Assembly (NCBI RefSeq): GCF_036321535.1
Contig: NC_087437.1
Location: 26,662,001-26,726,000 of the forward strand
DNA from: Camelus dromedarius
Taxonomy: Eukaryota
Direction: 5' to 3'
Length of the DNA: 64,000 bases
The notes beneath the pieces are model-generated. The model searched no databases, was not told the origin of the DNA, and was given only the letters and a program-made list of their open reading frames with translations. The first letter of the stretch is position 1; every line of letters starts with the position of its first letter. Positions 49,055 through 62,025 of the stretch are shown here, in pieces. Made by a program: the position numbers and the translations under genes.

Positions 49055-50851
49055 ATTCCCTTCCAGTTCATCATATTTCACGAGCAAGGAATTCATCTTA
49101 CTGGGTCTGCTTTTCCAAGAAGAGTTTGCATTTTTACAGGAAATTATAAATACAGGAACTCCTGTGGGACTCTGAGAAAGTAATGCATGCTTGTAGGGGT
49201 GGGATTTCCAACAGCACGGAGCCATGCAACTCTCCATGCCTATCAGATGGGTGCCTCCCCCACCAGGGCTGGGGGTCACAGCCTCCTGCAGTCAGTGTGG
49301 AGGAGCAGCTGAGAACCACACTTTGGAATGAGATGGACTTGGGTCACCAAAAGCAGCGACCTTGGACAAGGCATTTCAGCCCCCTTCTGTAACATGGGAA
49401 TAATTATAACCCTTATATCTCAAAGTTATTGTGCGTGAATTTAAACAAGAAGGTTCACACGAGAGCCTGGCCCGTTGTGAGGGAAACTTCAGAACCTTTA
49501 GTCTTTCCAAAATGTCTACTACATTGAGTGAAAATCATGTGTTCCATTTTCTAAATAAGATAAACTAACACATTAAATGTGCCTTGGTGGAGCCAAATCC
49601 CACATGATTCAAACTGAGAACAGAGTCATATTTTTAACATTTAAATATGAAAACAATTAAGTTTTAAAAATTCAGTCTATATTTGAATCTTTTGAAGGAA
49701 AGAGTGATCAAATATAATCCTTAACAATCTTTTTACTACCCCCTTGTCTCTTCTTCATCTTTTTGATGAACCTCAGACTCTCCCAGCCTCTCAGCTAGCT
49801 CCCCCAAACCCCTCCTCCTCATCCCAACCCAGCAGTTCTTGCTATGTTGATTTTGACAAATTCTTTCCATCTCTTCCTCTCCCCACCCCTCTTCCACTTC
49901 TTTCCCTCCTCCTCCTGGTTTTGTTTTGTCCTTTTCCCCAGCTCCATCCTTCCCTGTCCATCCTCCGATTCTACAGCATAAAAGTTTTAGAATTATATAT
50001 ATTTTTGAGAAACACACTGAAGTATGTGGGAGTGAAATAACATGATGTTTGAGATCTGTTTTAAATTCTTCAGAAAAGAAAAAAGGATAAAGGAAATAAA
50101 TATGGCAAAACAAACAAACAAACAAACAAACACCTGTTAAATTTGGTTGATGGGTACATGGTTTTTGGTTTTTTGTTTGGTTTGTTTGTTTTTAATGATT
50201 CTCTCTTCTTTTGTGGAGATTAGAAAATTTTCCCAGTCAAAAAAAAATCTTAAGTCTTGGACCAATGCAACAGAAAGACTCTCCATAAAGAGGGAGGAAG
50301 GAGGAGGAGATGCAGGAGGGGAGTGTTTGACGTGGCCGTTCCAGATACTCTAAGAAGCCAGGAGACGGAGGACATCTGTGACCATTCTGACATTAGTCCA
50401 TTTTACCTGCGGGAGGTTCGGAAACTCTCCCCAAACCATTACACGTAGTTACCACTAAGGAGTGAATTGGGGTAAAGGGGAGAAGCTCCAACATTTCACT
50501 TTGTACACTAGTATAATACCTAATTTTTCAAAAAAGAGCAACTAAAAGAAAAACTTTCATTGTATCCGGAAATCTACCTTCCTGTAACCCCCACGCCTAC
50601 AGCCTTGGTCAATTAAGAGCTCTTCAAATAATTGATTATTAAGGATCCCACATTGAATGAGGAGCATTTAAAGGACTCTCAAGGCCCAAGGACTTTACTC
50701 ATAAAAGCTCCCTATCAACATGTGCTCTGTATGTTGTGCATTTTTGATAAATGCTTTAAAGTAATCATTACCCTCCTCAGGGAATATTTTTCTAGCTTGG
50801 CTGTTACCCTCTTAAATTGTGAATCCAAAAATTGAATGTAACACTGTATAT

Positions 50852-51075
50852 CAGTGGTTCTCAACTGAGAGTGCTCTTGCCTCTCAGGGGACATTCGGCC
50901 ACGTCTGGAGACATTTTTGATGGTCAGGGCTTGGGGAGGGTGTGTGGTTGCTATGGGCATCTAGAAGGTAGAGGACGGGGGTGCTGCTGATCTTCCTCCG
51001 ATGCACAGGACAGCCCCCACCACGAAGAATTACCTGGCCCAATGTGTCAAAAGTGCGGAAGTTGAGGTGGTACTG
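50852..51075. mobile_element. MER20 hAT-Charlie element
   Basis: cagtggttctcaac..caggggacattcggccacgtctggagacattttt..gcacaggacagccccc..aagaattacctggccc. Confidence 0.9.
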
Positions 51076-51139
51076 CGGAAGCAGTGAGGTGTCCTTCGCT
51101 GTTTTCCTCTAACACCTTGTTAAAAACCAGCTCAGGAAG

Positions 51140-51790
51140 CTGAGGCCCGGAGGCGCCAAGGGAGCCCCTGGGTTTTCTATTCTCAGTCTCCCCGCAGAGG
51201 CCCTAGGCAGCTGCGATTCCCGGGAGGGAACTCTCTGCGCCTGCGCTGCGGCCGCCGGGCTGAAGGCTCCGAAGCAGGTGTCTGAGCATTTCTCCTTCCA
51301 GAGTCTCTCTCACAACGGAAGGATACAGTGGTGCTGCTCGGCGGCGCCTTGGCAGAGCCAAGGGCCCTGCTTTCCCCTCCTTGGGGTCCTCTGGCCCCTG
51401 CTTGGGGTGAGGAAGGGCCCCGCCTGCAGCGAGTCGGGGCAGTCACCTTCTCAGATCCTCCTTTTGGGTGGTGGCGCTCTCTCCCAGTGCCTTTTGCTTT
51501 TTTGGCTGCGAAGCACCTTGCATTTCACCATTTCACCCTTAGGGGCAGCAGGAATGAGCATCGGTGACCCCTGCGAGCCAAGCCCGGCGTCTTGTGAGCC
51601 AGCTAGAGCGACCCTGTTGCCAACAGCGCCGGCAGCTACAGAAATCCGTGGGCCGGCGGTGCGTTCGCTTCCCGGCGCTTCCCCACGCGGGCTCGCGGCT
51701 GTGCCTCCGCGCACGTGTCTGCCGCCCACGCGCGACGCCAGCGGCCACTGCAGACGCTTGTTTCTTGGCCATCGCCCCTTGAGGGGGGAT
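51140..51790. promoter_or_regulatory. CpG island (putative promoter/enhancer)
   Basis: ~650 bp GC- and CpG-dense stretch in a CpG-depleted background; NRF1-like TGCGCCTGCGC 51236-51246; E-box CACGTG 51712-51717. Confidence 0.75.
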
Positions 51791-51984
51791 GTATTTTAAA
51801 TTTTAATTTTGTCATTTTTGCCACACAAGCCAAAACGCCTCTACCCGAAGTGTCTCAAACGTTTAACAATATCGCTTTTTCTCAGCATGACAACCCCAAA
51901 ACAAATCCCAGAGAGCGTGAGGTGGGAGCACCACAAAGTAATAATAGCCCTTGAATGCTGCGCTGCAGCCTGCTACAGCACCAC

Positions 51985-52590
51985 CCCTCAGGGTGGATTT
52001 GGAAATTTGCAAAGAAGTTTTGGATCTTACCATGGCCAGGAAGGGGACCCCTGGCGTTTTTAGTGGATGGGCTCCTGTTCCGAACAAGAATTGTTCTGCA
52101 TCCTGGATGACTTGTGAATGTCCCGCTGGACAGTCCTGTGAATGAAAGATCTGTTCATGTTGTGGGTACATTCAGCCTAAATTGATCACGCAGCATTTGT
52201 TGCAAGGTTTTAATATACACTGAGGTTTTGGGGAATGTAACTAGCCTACAAACGGATAGAAGGATGTACTTTGTTTTGTACAGAATTTCACCAGGATTGT
52301 TTACTAATTTGGAAAAAATTGCATGCAATGTTTGATCACTGGATCAGTCTGCATTTGTACCTGCGATATTCTGTGTGGTGTATGTACAGGTGCAAACATC
52401 TGGCTCTATCATGTCTTCTAGTGTGATTCTGTCTGGGCTCTCACTTGTTCAAATCTATATATAATTTTCTTCTTAGAAATTATCAGTCTTTTACTTCTAA
52501 TAATATAGTTAGGACCTTACATTGAAACTTTAAATTATGTGTATAAGTAGACTACATTATCTATGAATTTTATTTCAAGTTGGAAAAGGG
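51985..52590. mobile_element. MER20B-like hAT-Charlie element
   Basis: tttggaaatttg..aagaattgttctg..gttttaatatacactga..ggaatgtaacta..tacaggtgcaaacatctg..tcatgtcttctagtg. Confidence 0.6.
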
Positions 52591-52594
52591 GGTA

Positions 52595-53167
52595 AGTATT
52601 AGTTTTCTATTGCAGTGTAACAAAATAACAAAAATTTAGTGGCTTAAAGCCACACAAATTTATTCTCTCCAGTTTCCATGGGCAGGGGTCCAGCACAGCT
52701 TCAGCTGGGTCCCCAGCTCAGGACCTCCCAAGGCTGAAATAAAGGAAAGTGTTCACTGACTGTGTTCTCACCTGGAGAGTCAACTAGGACAAGATCTGTT
52801 CTATACTCACTTGGGTTGCCAGCAAAATTCATTTCCCTGTGGTTGTAGGACTGGCTCCCTGGCCATCCACCAGGGTTGCTTCTTGCATCTAGAAGCTGCC
52901 CTCAGATCCTTGCCAGGTGGGTCCTTCTGCAGACCCTCTAACAATGTGCCAGTTTATTTGAGAGCATCTTCTTATTTCACCTTCTTCTAAAGGTCAAACC
53001 CACTGGAGACAATCTCCTTTTTTATTAACTCACAGTCCATTGATTGGTAACCTTATCATGGGTGTGATATCCCATTATATTCACTGGTCCAGCCCCTACT
53101 CTCGGGTAGGAGATTATGCAAGGTATGTATCTCAGAGGGTAGAAATCTTAGAATTCTGCTTGCCACA
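52595..53167 (-). mobile_element. MLT1D/E-like MaLR LTR
   Basis: gtattagttttctattgc..tagtggcttaaa..atcttagaattctgcttgccaca. Confidence 0.8.
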
Positions 53168-53594
53168 GACTGTAAACAAGTATCTGTTATAAAAAGAAGG
53201 CATTGGGTATCATAGGACTGAGGAATACTGCATACCACGAAAGGGAGATTTTCACATACAATTTATCTTACTTACCACTCAAAACTACCTCTGGAGGTAG
53301 ATATTTTTCTGGCTACTCTCCCCACAGCCAAGGGTGAAATACTGCTTAGCCTGCTTAAAAATTGCTTAGGGCATCATCACAGCAGGATCAAAAAAGAAAG
53401 AGAAGGAAAATTTAAGCTTCAATAAACTTATCTAGACTTTGCAAAATCTGAAAATCTAGAGGGCATAAAGCTATTATCATGGGAGCATGTGTTAAAATTT
53501 TCTGTTTTAGTATTTTACATTTTTTATTTTTAATTTTAAAAAATTCATTGCCTACAACCTCTAAATAATTATAAGCCCCTCCTTCATTTTACAG

Positions 53595-53830
53595 CTAATA
53601 TTCATTAAGCACTTCTTACGTGCCAGGCACTATTTTTGAAAACTTTATACAATTAACTCATCCAATACTAGCAAAACTCCCAATGAGGTAAGTTGTATGG
53701 TCTTCATTTTACAAGTGGGAAAACTGGAGCAAGGGGGGCTCAGGAACTCATCCAAGGTCACACGGATGTGAAAATGGGCACTGGACCCAGGCAGTTGGAG
53801 TCAGAGTCTGTGCTCTTGCGTGCTTCGCTC
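53595..53830 (-). mobile_element. MIR SINE
   Basis: taagcacttcttacgtgccaggcact..cattttacaagtgggaaaactggag..tccaaggtcacac. Confidence 0.75.
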
Positions 53831-53999
53831 CGCTGCCTGCTAGGGGAGAAAACCGGGACTCCAGGAAGATTTGTCCAAGGTGTCACGCACTGCCCACAGT
53901 CACTCTCTTAGTAAAGGGCCCACAGATTTCAACATTCAGCTACAGAGCCTGTGTTCTCATACCTGCCCTTCGGAGTTCTCTTTCTTTCCATTTGGATTT

Positions 54000-54950
54000 G
54001 ATTTTTTTTTTTATTGTGGTAAAATATATATAACACAAATGTGCCATTTTAACCATTTTTCAGTGTATAATTCAGCAACATTAATCACATTCACAGTTTG
54101 CACAACCATTACCAGTATCCATTTCCAAAACGTTTTTTACCAACCTCAGCAGAAACACTGTACCTGTTAAGCAATGACTCCCCACCTCCCTCAGCTCCTG
54201 GTAACCTCTAATCTACTTTCTGTCGCTACGAATTTGCCTATTTGAGATATTTCACGTACATAGAGTCATACGTGTATGATAAACACGAATACAAAAATAT
54301 AATATGTGTCCTTTTGTGACCGATTTGTTTCACGTAGCTTGCTTTCAAGGCTCATCCATGTTGTAGCATCAATCAGAACTTCATTCCTTTTTAAGGTTCA
54401 GTAGTATTCCATTACATGGGTATACCATATTTTATTTACCCGTTGATCTGTTGATGGACACTTAGACTGTTTCTAACTTTTGGCTCTTGAGAATAATGCT
54501 ACTATGAACACTGGTAGACAAGGAACTGTGTGATCCCCTGTTTTTGATTCTTCGGGGTATACACTTAGGAGTGGCATTGTTAGACCACATGGTAATTGTA
54601 TGTTTAGACTTTGATAAGCTGCCAAACCGTTTTCTATAGCATCTGTACAATTTTGTAACCCCTCTAGCACTGTACCAGGATTCTGTTTTCTCCACATCCT
54701 TGCCCATACTTCTTATTTTTCCTTTTCTTTTTTTTTAAATTATAGCCACCCTGGTAGAAGTGAAGTGGTAGCGCTTTGTAGTTTGGATTTGTATCTCCTT
54801 AATGACTAATGATGTTGAGCATCTTTCTCCGTGCCTATTGGCCACTTGTATGTATTCTTTGAAGAAATGGCTATTCAAGTCCTTTCCACATTTTTGATTG
54901 GGTTGTTTGCCTTTTTGTTGTTGAGATGCAGTTCTGTACATATTCTGGAG
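54000..54950 (-). mobile_element. L1MB-like element (ORF2 C-terminus plus 3' UTR)
   Basis: ORF 54735-54980(-) KDLNSHFFKEYIQVANRHGERCSTSLVIKEIQIQTTKRYHFTSTRVAII; poly-T at 54002-54012. Confidence 0.9.
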
Positions 54951-57004
54951 ATTGCTTGACTGATAATTGCTAATCCTCAACCAGTCACCTGTCAGAAAGT
55001 CTCAGAGATCCAGGTGGAGACAAGATGTCTTTAATAAGAGACATGAGCTGGAAACAGAAGAGAGTGGGAGATGAGGAAGGGACTGAAGCATCATCTACAC
55101 TCCGTAACCACCTACCCTGCTCTAAACCGAGCCACCCACCGCCATTAAGGAAAACCTGTGGATTCCGTTTCTCAGTACTTGTTACTCTCAGCCACAGAAG
55201 CTCTGTCAACCTGCCCAGCACAAGGATGGGGGACCCCCAATCCCCAGCACAGCTGCAGCAGAGGGGGAGGGGCTGGAGGAAGGAGGGGTGTGTGGGTGTG
55301 AGAAGGAAGACCCGAGCACCTGCCATGTGGGAGGGATTTCCTCTCTTGGAGGCAAGATCCAAGGCTGAAACGTTGGAGGAGGAGGTAAGCTTATGGGCGA
55401 AATGACAGCAGGGGGAGAGGATAAAAAGGAAAATCATGAAAGGATGAGGGGCAAATGTCACAAAGGGGCAGGCAGTTGTAGCCAGATCAGGGGAGAAAGG
55501 CTTGCCGGAAGCCCACCCACTAATGAGGCTGCAGACCTCTATGTTTCAGTGAGGACACGCCTATATTCACCCTGGGGCCATCTCATACTCCCCTTCTCTC
55601 CAGCTCGTGGTAATCTTAGCGTTCAGTGAGCAATAAGCACAGGGTTCCTTAACTGTTTGTTCATCAGGCCACAGATGGGGGGCTAAGATGAGCATGCAAA
55701 CACTTAATTCCACCACAAGAAGTGAGCTGGGCCACGGCCCCTACTTCTCTGCAGCCAGGGCCAGGGCTGGGATAGCAATGCAGAGAGAAAGCAAGTTTCA
55801 CTACATCCCAGCAACACCTGCCTGGTGTCAGAAGCGATGCTGACAGAAGCGGGGAGGGATCTAAGTTTAGCTGCGCTATGCTTGCCAGGACTCCGAGAAC
55901 CTGGAGGTGGGGGCGGGGCGGAGCTCAACAGTTCCTTCCAGGGACCTCTACCTGCCCTAAAACTCACTCACAACTCGAGGAGGGGACCCCAACTTCAACA
56001 CAGTCCCCGGCTTCTGTGTGATCTATTCCAAACAGCTGGTGTACAATTTACCACGCGGCGGATCTAGCCAGGCTGCCCTCGTGGGCTGGCAAATGAAATC
56101 TCAACCCAAATCCTCCTGCCTGTGTCCACTGGGTTGCCAGGATAGGGGACGAAGATGGCTCCAGCCAGGAGGTGTGAGAGTGGGACAGAGGGGACCACCG
56201 TCAGTCATCCAACAGCATTTGCACTGAGGTGGAGGGCAGGGCGGGGGGTAGGATGGAGGCAACACAGTATCCTCTGAGAAAAGAAGCAGTGTTGGTGAGA
56301 AAGTTCAGGTTTCCATGATGATATCAGATGTGCTTGTAAGAAAAGAGCTTCAAAATGATTAAATCAGAGGACACGAGCATAACCTTTTTATCGCTGTTCC
56401 CAGTCGCACACCCTTGTGGGTACGACTCGGGCAGTGTGACTAATTTTGTGGCTGCCTGAACAGGTATGCAGAATAATACCACCAGGAAGGCTAAGCTTAA
56501 GTGTTTACTGTTGCCAGTCTCTGTTCTAGGTTCTTGCCTGTATTATCTCAGTTTACTCTACAGGTCATTAACCCAGGAGTAGAGAGGCACAAAGGGGTCC
56601 TACCCCTCAGAAAGCACCAGGATGAGCTGACCTGGGAAGGCTCAGGATGGAGAGACCAAGTCTGGCTGCTGGGAAGGGAGGAGGTTGACCTGGCTGGAGG
56701 TGGAGCGTGGTGCCCTGGAGGGAGGCAGCACCAGAAGGAGCCCGGTCAGCAGGCAGGTGGCACAGTGTCTCTGACCCGAGCCATCCATGTGGGTCATCAG
56801 GACGCCAGCTGGCCCCTCTGAAAGGACTGCAGCATGGAATCTGGCATATAGTAAGCATCAATGCATGCTTGTTGAATGAAGGAGTGAGTAAATGGGTATG
56901 AAGAATCGAGCAGGGCTCCTATCCTCAGAGGATGAGGAAACCAGCACATCCTTCAGAGCGAGCCTCAGAGAAAGAGAGTTAAGTGCGGATGTTTGGCAGA
57001 AGGC

Positions 57005-58215
57005 AGTGGGTAGCTTCTATGATGATCGGCACTGACCTGTTACTCACGCTTGTGTAATCTCCTCCCCCTGAGTGAGGACTGGAATTATTGACCTGTTTCT
57101 AAGAAACAGTTTATGGCTGAAGCAACGGGATACCCCTCCCAAGGTTAGGTTACAAATCTCTTACTGACCCAAACTTGGGTCTATTAGCCTGATGTGCAGC
57201 AAAGCCAATCTACTGACACTGGGTTGTGGTGAAGGAAAGTATGATGTTTATTGCAGGTGCCAGCAAGGAGAATGGGCAGCTCATGCTCAAAGGACTGAAC
57301 TCCCTGATGGCTTTCAGGGAACGGTGTTTAAAGACAAAGTGAAGGAGAGAGTCTCAGGGTGTGTGATCAGCTTGTGCTCAATTCTCTGACTGGTCAATGG
57401 TGAGGTAACGGGGTGATGTTTTGGGCATCTCAGTGATCAGTTTTCTGGCTCCAACCAATCTAGGGGCTACGTGCTGGTAGTCAGCATGCAGTTAACTTCT
57501 TCCACCTGGTGGGGGATTTAGTATTTGCAAAACAACTTAGGAATGTGTGTCAGACTTCTCTTTACCTTTGAAACAGAACTGGGAGTCTTTGTGACTGCAG
57601 CAGTTAACAGGCTGCTCTCCTGCCTGACTGCCCTGTCTTTGTTTCTGCATTCTTTACCTCCCCAAACTGCTAGGGTCTGATTTTTGTTCTCCATGGAGAT
57701 CCTAGGATGTCACAGTATATGTCCATAGCTCTTTTCCCAAGCAACAGTAAGTGGGGACACAGAGAAGTCTGTCACCGAGAAGGCATCACAGAATCTTGCT
57801 CAGTTTCAAATCTAGCGGCTTCTACCTTGGAGGCATTTTCTCTCTCTCGTTTGCTCACTCTGATGGAAGCCAGCTGCCATGTTGTATAGGCCGCCCCATG
57901 CAAGGATTCATGGGGTAAGGAACTGAGGGGCAGCTCCAGCCAAGAGGCAGCCAGGAACTGAGGTCCTCAGTCCAACAGCCCCCAAGGAACTAAATCCCTC
58001 CAACAGTCATGTTAGTGAGCTTAGAAGCTGATTCTCCCCCAGTCGAGTCTTCCGATGAGACCACAGCCCCCAGCTGACAGCTTGACTGCAGCCACATGGG
58101 GGATCTTCAGCCAGAGGCACCCAGCTGAGTCCCACTTGATTCCTGCCCCACAGAAACTATGAGATAATAAATGTGTGTTATTTTAAGCTGCTAAGTTTAA
58201 AGAGAAATTTGTTAG
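57005..58215 (+). mobile_element. MLT1E-like MaLR LTR split by an ERV1 LTR
   Basis: 5' part (gtgtaatctcctccccctgagtg..ggttaggttac) and 3' part (gatggaagccagctgccatgttg..cagaaactatgagataataaatgtg..ttttaagctgctaagttt). Confidence 0.8.
57159..57808 (-). mobile_element. ERV1-class solo LTR nested in the MLT1
   Basis: t(c)ttactgacccaaacttgggtc..tttattgcagg (AATAAA on minus strand)..gctcagtttca; 4-bp TSD aatc (57155-57158 / 57809-57812). Confidence 0.8.
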
Positions 58216-58394
58216 TGAGAGGCTACAAACAAATGAGAGGTACAAAGCTACAACTAACTAAAATTAAATGAAGCCCACTCACAAAGCTAATTATATGCTG
58301 ACTCACCTGAGCATTAATCTAGTGCTTCCGAAATGCAGCAGAATTCTTGACCTATGGATAAAAGAAGACTAAATGTAAGGCTAGGAAGACACAG

Positions 58395-58525
58395 GTTATT
58401 CCAATAAGAGAAATGTAATATCCAAATGAATGCTGTTCCTTCAACAGCAGTCACCTGGGGTGAGTGGACACTCATTCCAGCCATGACATTGTTCCAGCCA
58501 CATCTGGAACAATTCTTAGATATTC
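58395..58525. mobile_element. MARNA-like (Tc1/mariner) fragment
   Basis: atccaaatgaatgctgttccttcaacagcagtcacctgggg..cactcattccagc..tggaac matches my recollection of the MARNA consensus. Confidence 0.55.
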
Positions 58526-61254
58526 CACCATGAACAGCAAAGAGGTTTTTGATCACCTCTCAGTGGTAACAGATACCCTAAGATGGGCAGGAACCCTAAA
58601 ACATCTTCCCATGGCTGTGCTAACTCTGGTGAGCGCCAAGAGAACTTGACCCCAGGTGCAAAGTCAGCCTAGGGCATTCTGATACCTGTGGGCTGTGGCC
58701 TGAGATCCCCTTCTGTTCTTCTCCCTGAGGAGTTGGCTGAGCAGGATGTGAGTGGAAGAGACTCCTTGGGTCCAAAGGAGAAGAGAGCTTTCCCACAGTG
58801 GCTTGTAGTGGGGTGCTCTGAGTAGATTACTAGTGAGCCCCAAGACCCTGATTTCCTGAGGCCTCCAGGTTGGAGAGCCTAGGGCATCACTGTGGCCATC
58901 TTGTTGGTTGCTCTGCAGGGGCGAGCTGAGGGCAGTGAAGGAGGCGCCTTCCCACCTGGGCAGCTACACCCCTGTAGAGGGTGGCAGTGCCTGTCTGGGT
59001 GAGGGAACTATGCAGCTGCCAGAAGAGTCTAGCCCCAGGGACCCAAGAAGCAAGGGGCTCCTGGACTTCACAGCTCCCTGATCTCTGTCTTTGTATCTAC
59101 TTCTGGCTGGTTGCTGCAAGGTACGCACTCTAACCATGCATGTACGTGCCCTCTGCTAATTGGAGCCCCTTATTTTAAAATACTTGATCTGAAAACATTT
59201 CATTGAAATCAAAATCTAGTCCTCTTATTACAGGAAATGCCATCATTCCCTCTGTCTTGAAAGAAGAAGAACATTTGGGTTCTCTGTTGTTGTAAGTTGA
59301 AATGTTGTAAACTTCTGAATGGCTGTAAAACTGGTCTTAAAATTGTCATCTCTTTCTCTTGCAAACAAAGTCATCGATGGTGACTGAAGAGGCTATTATT
59401 AAAAAGTTTTGAGGAATTGTTGCAAGGAGCCATTTTAAGCATAAATCTGATTTTAGAAAATTATGTAGATGGAAGCAAACTCAAGCTGCTTATTAGAAAT
59501 GTTAAAAGATTTTATTTAGAAGTTTGATCTAACTTCAATACTTACTATTACATAATATAAGAAAAATGTAACGAGTTTTTCACCCACCCTCATATAGAGG
59601 CCCCCAGATACCCTCCAGTTCTAGTTCTTAGTTCTGGCATTAGCCCGTTCTGTGTATCTGTGATCTGCAAATGATTGGGAAGATTTGGGACAGAATAAGC
59701 CCCACTCCCCCAGGGCCCACCCCCATGCAGACCCGCCTTCTGAGGTGTGGCGAGTGAGCAGAGGCTGCGCCCTAGGCGCCTCTCAGCTGTGTGGGTACCA
59801 GGGGGAGGCAAAGAGGGCTTTCTCCAAAGACAACCGGAGCATCCAGCCTCCTCACCCATCAAGCAGGGGTCTCCGGCCCCGATGCCAAGGACAGCTTCTG
59901 TTCATTCCTCCCTCCCTCTCCTGATACTCTAGCCTCTAATGGAAGTGGTGAGTCCTCATCCTCTAAAGGTGGATTAATTTCCAGAAAAGCTTTGAGTCAC
60001 CTGTGGCTAAATTCAAATGAATAAAACATATTTTAAGATGGCTAATAACATTTGGAGTCCCAAAGAGGCATGACAGAAATTGATTTTTTTCGTTTGTTTA
60101 TGTCTCCTAAATGGACTCAGAGGGCAATTTCCTAAGACAAATGCTCTGATGCCTGTAATAATCATATTGGTTCCTGCAGTTCGCAGGAAAAGTGTCAATT
60201 AGATACATGAGGTCTAAGACGCTTAATTAAAATCATTCTCATCTCTTTATAGGTATGCCTCTCAAGATACACAAAACAAATTCTCTAAATAGAGGCTTCC
60301 AAGAGGAAACTAAAATAGTTTTGCTATTGTTTCTAATGAAGTTTTAACAATTGAATTTGTAGTTCATTAATGGGATGAATTATTTGGGGGTTCATCTTCA
60401 TAAAGAAGTAGAAATGAAACAGCTTCAGTTAAGAATCATTGCAAAACATTGACACTAGCTGCTATTAATTTACTCATATTTATTTCAGACTAAAGGTAGT
60501 GTGTTTAGAAGACAAAATTCATAAGAGAAAGAGTGAAGTAAAAGGAGACAATGGATGTGAGTGCGGATGTGAGGTGTGGGGGCAGTGCCTGGTAACAAGG
60601 CAAAAAACCAGGACCTACATTGATTTTTCCCAGAGTTCCAGAGCAACTACGAGATTTTTCCATCCTTTTGCTGTTTGTTTTATTGTTCCCATTTGTTTAA
60701 AATATACGTCTATTTATTCGCTGTTAATTATGAAAATAATGTATGCTTGTTCCGGGGGAAAAAATCAGAACAGTGCAAGGTACAGGATGAAAGTCCCCTA
60801 CCCATTTATTTTTTTATATAAAATATGATTAGTTACAATTTTGACTCCCTCCCCATCTGTTTTACTCTACAGTTCTGGTTTTTCTCACGTTCTCTCTGTC
60901 CTGCTTCCCGCTCCCCAAGGCCCCCTCCCACTTTGGAGCTCGGTAGGGATTCCTTTTGCGGGTTCAGTTCAACTTCTTGGGGGAATCATTTCTGCTGCAG
61001 GCGGCTCTTTTAAGGTGGGCTCTCCGCATCGCTGGCTCCCTCTTGTGGCCATATGAGGGCACTGCATACCACTGAAGGGAACCCTGAACAGTTCTGGACA
61101 CTGTCGACTCAGCCAAGATTCTACCTTCTAATGCTAAAGCTATTCCAAGGGAGCAGTTGGGGTCTTCTAATAAAGGTGAGGTCACCTCTGATTCCCTCTC
61201 GATTTTTAGGTTTCTCAGGTTCTCCGAGGCTTTCCAAGAAGAGCATAGTGCAAA

Positions 61255-61470
61255 CATTGTACTGTTTAATTGAAATCTGCTAAAAGAGTAGAACTTAAAA
61301 GTTCTCAGTCAATCAATCAATACAAAGTGAGGTCATGGATGTGTTAATTAAATAGGGGGGAAAAACTAAATAGGAGAATACGTTCATCATGTACATGTAT
61401 AGCAAATCATCATGATGTACACTTGAAATATTTTAGTTTTATATGTCAACTGTATCTTACAATAAAGCTG
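61255..61470 (+). mobile_element. L1MA-like 3' terminal fragment
   Basis: tgaaatctgctaaaagagtagaacttaaaagttctca..tatatgtcaactgtatcttacaataaagctgg. Confidence 0.75.
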
Positions 61471-61507
61471 GGGGGGGGGGGGGAAGAATAGCCTGCAAGG
61501 TTGAAGC

Positions 61508-61541
<34 letters not shown>

Positions 61542-61565
61542 GGTGTGTGTGGTGTGTGTGGTGTG
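61469..61565. repeat. Poly-G run followed by an imperfect (TG)n microsatellite
   Basis: G15 at 61469-61483; TG-rich array ~61508-61565. Confidence 0.9.
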
Positions 61566-61859
61566 CAGGTGTAGCTGGGAGGAGAGACAAAGAAAGGGGG
61601 GTTGACAAACTGCTATATCATTTTACAAGTCTTCTGCGGAGACTTTAAAATTCATTTGCTTAACATACAGATATTAAGCACTCAGAATTTGTGAGCACTG
61701 GGGATGCCAGATATGTGGCTGCTACCAAAGTGCTCTTTTAGAGCTAATGGAAGAGACAGCTTACGGGAAATGCTGGTCTAGGAACAAGCAGTGAATGACG
61801 CAGAATGAGAAGATGCGAGGCTGGGACTCTCCACCACCACCACCCAGCGCTGGGACCTT

Positions 61860-62025
61860 CCAGCCAGTCACTTAACCCCACTGAGTCTCAGAGCGCTCAT
61901 CTCTAAAATGAGGACAAACATCCCCCTCATTCGTCTTCACTGGGTCATTATGAGGGTTGATTGCAAGAATCTGTGAAAGTGCTCTGAGAACCCCACACAA
62001 GTGTGAGCAGATGCTGTTAGTATTT
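61860..62025 (+). mobile_element. MIR SINE
   Basis: agtcacttaacccc..ctcatctctaaaatgagg..tatgagggtt..tgtgaaagtgctct. Confidence 0.7.

Noticed and set aside
51278..51799. 173-aa ORF and overlapping ORFs in the CpG island
   Set aside because: Open frames on both strands are expected from stop-codon scarcity in GC-rich DNA; no recognisable protein
54985..55461. 158-aa and 126-aa ORFs
   Set aside because: No recognisable family or convincing splice context; treated as chance frames
58297..58312. Isolated consensus splice donors such as CAG|GTGAGT on the minus strand
   Set aside because: Such short motifs occur many times by chance in 64 kb, and no matching acceptor or exon context was evident
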